A DNA stretch of 45,047 nt, taken from Promethearchaeota archaeon (GTDB taxonomy: Archaea; Asgardarchaeota; Lokiarchaeia; Sigyniarchaeales; SOKP01). Shown in pieces: positions 38,349-45,047 of this stretch. Within the stretch, counting starts at the first letter, position 1, and each line of letters starts with the position of its first letter. The notes beneath the pieces are model-generated. The model was given only the letters and a program-made list of their open reading frames with translations, made no database searches and was not told where the DNA came from. The position numbers were made by a program, and so were the translations under genes. Location of the stretch: positions 1 through 45,047 of the forward strand of contig JBHLNF010000020.1 in assembly GCA_048937405.1 (NCBI GenBank). Direction: 5' to 3'.

Positions 38349-39635
38349 TTATAGAAATTTTAGGTATTTCTCATTTCGACTAAAGAGATCATTTTTAATG
38401 ACACCATCTATTCTCCTAAAGTTAATTATTTTTGTAGGTGCAAAATATTCAAAGTCAAATTCAACATCATCACCTGAATTTCTTCCAGGTATCGGCATGA
38501 GTCGACAAGTTAAGGGTTTATTTAATCTGACAGATATGGTACATAAATCAAGTAAGATATAAAATAACTCTCTTTCAGAAATATCCCCAGGAAGTGGAAC
38601 TACATCCAAACCTGTACCACACATTGTTGAATATAATAAAAGTGAATCTAGATTGAATTTATTTTCAGATAGTCGTTTTGATAAAATAAAGTCTTCTAAA
38701 ACGGGTTGCATAAACCCTGAAAAACCAATCACTTTTTCCTTATCGATTGGTATAGAATTTTTAATTAGGGCCACCCCAGTCAATGTTCCATTTGCTCCAA
38801 AATATTCAATTCCTAATTTCTCAATAGCTGTTCCAATACTTTTCTCAATCGTAGGATAGGGAGCTGGAGAAAAATCAATGCCTTTAAATTCAAAATTGAA
38901 ATCTCTACTAGCTTTTTCTACTATTTTTAATAAATTATCATAAATTTTATTAAATTTCGCAAGCATATTATGTTGAGCCTCCTTAAAAGACTTTGATTCT
39001 TCAAGTGCTTCAATTACTTCATCAGCCATCTCTAAACCTATAGAAAAAGCAGGTTTATCTGAAAAGTGATAAGCCGCAGGAAAGAAAGGAACATTAGGAT
39101 TTACATTTGCAGAAACACAAAATTGTAAATTACTAAAAGGGTTAGGTTCAGATAATTCCTTGATTATTTTTGCACCTGATTTTAGAGCAACTAAATTTAT
39201 GCCATCTTCACTTGATGCAACTTGAATAGAGGTAAAAAAATTCTTATGATTTTTAATAAATTTTGGAACTTCATTTAATAGTAATTTCTCGAAAATTCCT
39301 AACTCTTTAATTTTCGAGGCTAACATCATACAACATGCAAAATATTCAAAACCGTAATCTTTGAGTATATCTTGAAGAAATGTCAATTGATTGTTAATAT
39401 CTACCAAGGTTTCTTTTAAATTTTTTTCATAAAATAACTTATTTTCATAATCAAAAAGAGGTTGAGTGCAAAATCTCCTAGTTTCAACTTCAATGCCAAT
39501 TTCATTCATCATCTCAATAAATTCATCAGCAAACAGGGAGAATTTTTCAAGTCTATTTTGTAAAAATGATAAAATACTCTCATTTTTATATAAGAAAGGA
39601 ATAATATGTCCAAAAGTAATCGAACGTATTCTCAT
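38349..39635 (-). CDS. DUF711 (PFL-like/UPF0210) family protein
   Basis: MRIRSIT, PFFPAAY, GIDFSPAP, GFSGFMQPVLED, LLYSTMCGTGLDVVPLPGD, KPLTCRLMP. Confidence 0.88.
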   Translation of the reverse strand: MRIRSITFGHIIPFLYKNESILSFLQNRLEKFSLFADEFIEMMNEIGIEVETRRFCTQPLFDYENKLFYEKNLKETLVDINNQLTFLQDILKDYGFEYFACCMMLASKIKELGIFEKLLLNEVPKFIKNHKNFFTSIQVASSEDGINLVALKSGAKIIKELSEPNPFSNLQFCVSANVNPNVPFFPAAYHFSDKPAFSIGLEMADEVIEALEESKSFKEAQHNMLAKFNKIYDNLLKIVEKASRDFNFEFKGIDFSPAPYPTIEKSIGTAIEKLGIEYFGANGTLTGVALIKNSIPIDKEKVIGFSGFMQPVLEDFILSKRLSENKFNLDSLLLYSTMCGTGLDVVPLPGDISERELFYILLDLCTISVRLNKPLTCRLMPIPGRNSGDDVEFDFEYFAPTKIINFRRIDGVIKNDLFSRNEKYLKFL

Positions 39636-39790
39636 ATTTAACCCTACAAACTATAAATTTGGAAATAAAATTTGGTAATATATTATAATAGAAAATCTCC
39701 ATTAATAAGGTTTGTAAGAGGAATTATCTTTAAAAAAAAATTGAATAATTTTTAATTTAAAATAATTTTGTTATTTTGATTAACTAATTC

Positions 39791-42202
39791 CTAAATTTCA
39801 TCTAATTTTGCTCTATCTCTTAATTGTTTTCTGCTTGAAGTAGGTTTTGTATATTCATTAGGTTGAATTGGACCTAAATTATCTAATTCTTCTTTAAATT
39901 CTTTTATTTCTTTTGCAAATTTATTTCCTTCTCCAGCAGATATACTTATAATTCTTAAACGATTTATATTGATATTTGCTTCAACTAGCATTTCTTTAAT
40001 AGTATCATACCGTCTTTTGGCTTTCATAAATCCTGTTTCATAATGACAATCTTGAGGATGACAGCCAGCTATTAAGACACCATCTGCTCCATAAAAAAAG
40101 CTCTCAAATACTATTGATGGATTAAGCATAGCAGTACACATGACATGAATTGTCCTTATATTTGTTGGATAAATTATTTTACTTGTTCCTGCTAAATCCG
40201 CTCCTACGTAGGAACACCAATTGCATAAAAATGCAACTATCAAAGGAAATTCCTTTTTTTCTTTTAGAATTGTTTGCAATTGGACGGAGATTTGACTTTT
40301 TCTAAATCCAGGAATGAAAAGAGCATCATATGGACACATTGCAACACAAGCACCACATCCAGAACAATTTGCTTGAATAACTTTAAGTGTATTATTTTCT
40401 ATTTTTAAAGCATTATACTCACAAATATTTTCACATAATCGACACAGATCACATTTTCCTTTATCATAATAAACAATATGAGGATCTAATTCTACTTTTT
40501 TACGAGCTATTAATGCTAATGCTTTTGCAGCAGCACTTTCTGCTTGTGCGATGCTCGAAGGGATATCTTTAGGACCTTGGATTGCTCCTGCTAAGTAAAT
40601 TCCACTTACTAAAGTTTCTGACGGTTTAATTTTTAGATGTTTTTCTAATAAAAACCCATTTGGATCCTGAGAAATATTTAATATTTTACTTAACTTATCT
40701 GTTCCCTCAGCAGGCTCTATGCCTATTGCTAAAACTACTAAATCTGTTTTATTTTCAAAAATCGAATCCTGTATTATATCCTCACCTCGAACGATTAATT
40801 CGTCTGAAGTATCATTTTTCAATATTGCAGAAATATTACTTTTTATAAAGCGTATCCCGAAATCTTCTCTAGCTCTATTATAAAATTCTTCACAATTTTT
40901 TCCTACTGCCCTAATATCTGTGTAATAGATATTTATATCAATATTAGGAAGTTCTTTCTTTATCAATACTGCTTGTTTTATTGCCACATTGCAACATACT
41001 TGACTGCAATATTCATGATGGATTTTTTTATTACGAGATCCTACACATAATATGAAAGATATCTTTTTAGGGATTTGACCATCTGAGGGTCTTACTATTT
41101 TTCCTTTGCTAGGACCATCATTATTAAGTAGTCTCTCCATTTGCATTGTAGTTACTACATTAGAATATTTTTCATAACCATATTCTGCTAATATCGTAGG
41201 ATCAAATGGTTTTAAACCAGTTGCAACTATTATTGAACCAACTTTAATATTGATGATTTCAGGTTCTTGTTCAAAATCAATAGCATCTCTTTCTCCACAA
41301 GCCTGAGCACATGCTTTGCAACCTATACAATATTCTTGTAAAATATTTGGATATAAAGGTATTGCTTGAGGATAAGGGACATCTATAGCTTTTCTTGGAT
41401 AGAATGTATCCTCAATTTCTATTGGACAAACTTCTCTGCAGATATCAAAACATCCTACACAATTTTCTTCCTTTATAAATCGAGGATTCTTTTTTATAGA
41501 TATATTAAAATTTCCTATGTATCCTTCAACGCTCTCTATTGTAGAATAAGTTAATAATTCAACATTAGGATGATTGTTTATTTCTGTCATTAATGGTCCA
41601 AGAATGCATATTGAACAATCAAGGGTTGGAAATGTTTTATCAAACAAAGCCATGTGGCCCCCTATTGTAGCTTCTTTTTCAACTAAATAAACCTTATTTC
41701 CAGTGTCAGCGATTGCTAGAGCTGCCTTTATTCCAGCAATCCCTCCTCCAATTATTAATACAGAAGGTGTTATTTCTGAATATTGGACTTTTAATGGTTC
41801 TAGAAGTTTAACATGTTCAATTGCCATATTAATTTGATCAATTGCTTTTTTTGTAGCTTGCTCCGGATTATTAAAATGAACCCAAGAATTTTGTTCTCGT
41901 ATATTAGCAAAAGCGATTAAAAATTGGTTAATTCCTGCTTTTTCAATCGTTTTCCGAAATAATAGACCATGTAGCTTAAACGAACAAGCAGCTATAACAA
42001 CACGATCTATCTTTTTTTCTTTAATCTCATCAATAATCTTATTTAATCCTAATTCAGAACATAAATATTGATCTCTAAACACATACAAATCATTGTATTT
42101 CTCAAAATGCTTAATTAATAAACTATTGTCAATAACTCCGCTAATATTTTTCCCACAATCACAAATAAATAAGCCAATTTTCAAATTTACTCCACCATTC
42201 AT
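39791..42202 (-). CDS. hdrA: Heterodisulfide reductase subunit A fused to C-terminal MvhD [2Fe-2S] domain
   Basis: FICDCG.NI, IGGGIAG, DKTFPTLDCSIC, CVGSR...YCSQVCC, GPKDIP, ferredoxin motifs; MvhD part FLCNWCSYVGAD, VMCT, GADGV..AGCHPQDCHY, ISAGEG. Confidence 0.93.
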   Translation of the reverse strand: MNGGVNLKIGLFICDCGKNISGVIDNSLLIKHFEKYNDLYVFRDQYLCSELGLNKIIDEIKEKKIDRVVIAACSFKLHGLLFRKTIEKAGINQFLIAFANIREQNSWVHFNNPEQATKKAIDQINMAIEHVKLLEPLKVQYSEITPSVLIIGGGIAGIKAALAIADTGNKVYLVEKEATIGGHMALFDKTFPTLDCSICILGPLMTEINNHPNVELLTYSTIESVEGYIGNFNISIKKNPRFIKEENCVGCFDICREVCPIEIEDTFYPRKAIDVPYPQAIPLYPNILQEYCIGCKACAQACGERDAIDFEQEPEIINIKVGSIIVATGLKPFDPTILAEYGYEKYSNVVTTMQMERLLNNDGPSKGKIVRPSDGQIPKKISFILCVGSRNKKIHHEYCSQVCCNVAIKQAVLIKKELPNIDINIYYTDIRAVGKNCEEFYNRAREDFGIRFIKSNISAILKNDTSDELIVRGEDIIQDSIFENKTDLVVLAIGIEPAEGTDKLSKILNISQDPNGFLLEKHLKIKPSETLVSGIYLAGAIQGPKDIPSSIAQAESAAAKALALIARKKVELDPHIVYYDKGKCDLCRLCENICEYNALKIENNTLKVIQANCSGCGACVAMCPYDALFIPGFRKSQISVQLQTILKEKKEFPLIVAFLCNWCSYVGADLAGTSKIIYPTNIRTIHVMCTAMLNPSIVFESFFYGADGVLIAGCHPQDCHYETGFMKAKRRYDTIKEMLVEANININRLRIISISAGEGNKFAKEIKEFKEELDNLGPIQPNEYTKPTSSRKQLRDRAKLDEI

Positions 42203-42624
42203 TTAGAGATCTTTATTCATTTCTAATAATTATAAAATTCATTTTCTAATAACTTTTAATATTACTTTTAGAAATTGGAATATTAATATAGAAAAACCAT
42301 CTTATTAATATAGAGTCTTCATTTCTTATCTTATTTATTCTTAATTATTCCAGCTTATTTAGAGCGGTAGTCTATTAAAATAATACCAATAATTGATTAT
42401 TATTCGATTTTAATCTATAATTACAAAATGCTATTAAACATATAATAATAAATATGTAAAAGCTTTTAAATTGGTTAAAATAATTTAGATTCAATTTTAA
42501 TTTAAAAAAAAATTAAAATTATAAAATACTTTAAATAAAAAGCAAAAAAACTCTTTATTAAGTAAAATTTATATAAAAAAAAATTCAATAACTAATAGTA
42601 ATTATTGAAAAGGTGTTAAAAAGT

Positions 42625-43083
42625 ATGGTAAAAATAGATTTTAAGACAGATACATGGTTATATGCCATAATTGCTCTGATCCTTTTAATTATATCTATAT
42701 TCACCCCATGGGCTACTACAGATATGGCGGGTGTAGATGTTTATACGTGGATGGGTGGTGCCGTTCAGTATGCTGGAGATCCAGCTGATATGTGGCTTGG
42801 TGCGGGAGTAACTCTTTGGACGTTCGGACTTACAATGCTTTCTATAGGAATGCTCTTAGTTTTAGGTATACAATCCATGAAAGGAAAAGAATTGAAATGG
42901 GATTGGTTAATTTATTTATTACTTGGACTTGCTTTACTTATCTTTACAATCTTGGCACTTGCAATGGAAGGAGATGGAGATTCTATTGTTGGATTTGCAC
43001 CTATAGGAGTTATCATATCAAGTATAGTTTTAATTATCGCTTTTGTTATGGATAAAATTGTAGCTCCTCGCAGCGCAGCATAA
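42625..43083 (+). CDS. Hypothetical membrane protein (about 4 TM)
   Basis: Four hydrophobic segments; SD-like AGGTG at 42611-42615 favours ATG 42625 over GTG 42613. Confidence 0.8.
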   Translation: MVKIDFKTDTWLYAIIALILLIISIFTPWATTDMAGVDVYTWMGGAVQYAGDPADMWLGAGVTLWTFGLTMLSIGMLLVLGIQSMKGKELKWDWLIYLLLGLALLIFTILALAMEGDGDSIVGFAPIGVIISSIVLIIAFVMDKIVAPRSAA

Positions 43084-43273
43084 ATATTCTATATAATTTT
43101 TTAAAAAAAAATCAATTTTTTTTTTTATTTATCTTTTTATTTACATTCAAAGAGTCATAATACTGTTAATATGGTAATATCCAATAAACAGAGCTTTATA
43201 AATATTATAAAATTATTTAATTCTAATTCGAATTCATTTTAAAAAATAGATTATATAAGAAGAGTAATCTTAT

Positions 43274-43909
43274 ATGAGCAATGTTAACGAAACGACTGCC
43301 CCAAAAGTAATTCTTTTTATCGCGATGCTTTTTATGTTAGTGGAGACTGTATTATATTCTGAATCTGGGGGAATAGGAATTCTTTATGGAATCCTTGAGA
43401 TAATATTCATTATTCTGATATTTCTCTCGTTGGCTTTTGTTAGGACTAAACCTGTTGAGATACCTTATTATTGGTGGATCTATCTTATTCTTGGTATTAT
43501 TCTTATTCTATTTTCATTTTTACAGGAAGTATTTTTACAATTCTTTACAGGATTCTTACTTATCTTAGCGGTAATAGTAGAACTACTCTGTGAAAACAAA
43601 GAATTCAAAGCTTCTAAACTTGTGTTATTAATTGGAATTATTCTCTCACTTTATGATAGTGTATTGTGTCTATTTGCTGGTGATGCAGGAATTGGACCGG
43701 GGATTATTGGTTTAATATTAGTAATAATTCTTTTAATACTTGTATTAGATTTATTTGATATAAAAATTCCAATGGAATGGTGGACAGTTCTAGCAATAGC
43801 ATTTGTAATATTTACGTGGGTATCACCACTTGTAACTGGATATATTTTTGGTGGTTTTGGGGGATATATCCTTATGATAGCATGGGTGTTACTTATATTC
43901 GCTTTTTAA
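43274..43909 (+). CDS. Hypothetical polytopic membrane protein with internal duplication
   Basis: About 8 TM; the two halves share A.K..L.I, GI..(L)I and IP..WW motifs. Confidence 0.8.
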   Translation: MSNVNETTAPKVILFIAMLFMLVETVLYSESGGIGILYGILEIIFIILIFLSLAFVRTKPVEIPYYWWIYLILGIILILFSFLQEVFLQFFTGFLLILAVIVELLCENKEFKASKLVLLIGIILSLYDSVLCLFAGDAGIGPGIIGLILVIILLILVLDLFDIKIPMEWWTVLAIAFVIFTWVSPLVTGYIFGGFGGYILMIAWVLLIFAF

Positions 43910-44034
43910 ATTTCTAATAATTTTCTTTTTTTTTTATTTTGGGAGATTTAAGAAGAGCATTTAATGATTTAATGGTTAATGGTAAACTAAGATCTATTAG
44001 AAAGTGAATTTATAAAATTAATATTTCACAAATT

Positions 44035-44415
44035 CTAAACATTTTTTTTGCTTTTTGGATAATCTATAATTTTTTTATAAAGTGAAGGGAGCATTTCAAT
44101 ATATTTATTTTCTTCTCTATTCTCCATTATTATTTTTGAAACTATTTCCAAAATTATTTCATAATCCTCTGGTTCTTCAAGTATATTCAACATTAAAATA
44201 AAGAAATAATCTAATTCAAAACCAGAATAATACGTTACAAAATTTATATTTTCTAATGTTAAACTCGCAATTCCAGGTTGAGTACTAAATTCATGCAGAT
44301 TTAAAATATGCATTAGAGTTTGATTTGAGATATTAGCTTTTTCCTCTGGGAATTTTGCCATTATCTCCAACCCACTCCTTTCATCATATTTCATAACTAT
44401 TAATCCATCTGGCAA
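44035..44415 (-). CDS. Stand-alone longin/uDENN-like domain protein
   Basis: GLIVMKYDERSGLEIMAKFP beta-hairpin start, then helix, three strands and helices; TTG start 8 nt after the upstream stop. Confidence 0.55.
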   Translation of the reverse strand: MPDGLIVMKYDERSGLEIMAKFPEEKANISNQTLMHILNLHEFSTQPGIASLTLENINFVTYYSGFELDYFFILMLNILEEPEDYEIILEIVSKIIMENREENKYIEMLPSLYKKIIDYPKSKKNV

Positions 44416-44423
44416 AATTTTTT

Positions 44424-45017
44424 CTACTCTTGTAACATTTTTTTTGAGAGAAAAGGATATATCTTTAGAATATCAAAGTTATTTTCTTTCATCTCAAGAA
44501 AGTATTTCTTCTCAATTTCATATTCTTTTTTAGCCCAATTTAATATTTCCTCTTTTGTATAAAACTTTCCTTTCAAGGTTTGCAAGCCTTTGCATTTCTT
44601 GGTATAATCATCAAAATTTTTTCGACTTGATACCATCATTTGCCAGAATGGAAAAGATCTACACTGGAACGGTCGAGCTTTATGAACACTGCATTTATTA
44701 TTTATTAGAAAATGACAATGTTCGTCTTCCCCTGTAAACTTATATCCAAGTGTTTTAAACCTGTAAGTTTTCCCCCTTTGTGCTCCTGTTTCTTTCCAGA
44801 AAAAGGAATCGTCAACAACTTTGAGATATTTTTCAGCAAATTTTTTTAGACCGTTATCACCTTTAATTTTCAAGAATTTAATTAATCTGAAAATATCATC
44901 TTTATATAAGTAAACTTCACCTTCATTGAAACCTCGACAACATTTTCCGCACATTTGACATGAAAATTTGATTCCATTTTCAAGATTCTTCGATATTTTT
45001 ATCTCTACAGATGTCAA
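44424..45017 (-). CDS. YkgJ-family cysteine-cluster (CxxCxxCC) protein
   Basis: FSCQMCGKCC, CHFL...CSVHKARPFQCRSFPFW, CKG. Confidence 0.9.
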   Translation of the reverse strand: MTSVEIKISKNLENGIKFSCQMCGKCCRGFNEGEVYLYKDDIFRLIKFLKIKGDNGLKKFAEKYLKVVDDSFFWKETGAQRGKTYRFKTLGYKFTGEDEHCHFLINNKCSVHKARPFQCRSFPFWQMMVSSRKNFDDYTKKCKGLQTLKGKFYTKEEILNWAKKEYEIEKKYFLEMKENNFDILKIYPFLSKKMLQE

Positions 45018-45047
45018 GGTAAAATTATTAGTTGTTTTTTAAGGTTA

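Noticed and set aside
39791-42202. Selenoprotein HdrA/MvhD with UGA recoding
   Set aside because: The ORF is continuous, with Cys at the motif positions and no in-frame TGA.
1-45047. CRISPR array, tRNA, rRNA, IS elements
   Set aside because: No regularly spaced repeats, no GC-rich structured island other than rnpB, and no transposase motifs seen by eye.

Overview
AT-rich archaeal chromosome segment, most likely from an Asgard archaeon of the Lokiarchaeia type. Support: a C-terminal IPGY-TM-basic (Loki-CTERM-like) anchor, Loki-type Ig-like repeats, gelsolin-like and longin-like proteins, Orc1/Cdc6, XerA and an archaeal type A RNase P RNA. It holds about 38 CDS, including two missing from the ORF track (a partial surface protein at <1..1517 and a 38-aa Cys4 protein at 1922..2038), plus rnpB at 4674..5000 (-). 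Housekeeping and metabolic genes include hppA, two trxB-like genes, xerA, cdc6, purA, pit with DUF47, pssA, fbaB and an hdrA-mvhD fusion. The most striking feature is a 1073-aa single-pass membrane protein with an extracellular Venus-flytrap + FN3-like + beta-helix region and a cytoplasmic TIR domain that keeps the catalytic Glu. Directly upstream is a frameshifted remnant of a paralogous TIR C-terminus. Other candidates: a tandem pair of vWA + RING-like + Zn-ribbon proteins with a TFIIH p44/p34-like parts list, a gelsolin-domain protein fused to a SAP/Rho_N-like module, an IFT52/GIFT-like protein, a CXXC-less TrxR paralogue, and a dif-like site between xerA and cdc6. I saw no CRISPR array, tRNA, rRNA or transposase. 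All family calls come from motif recognition by eye; no database searches were run.
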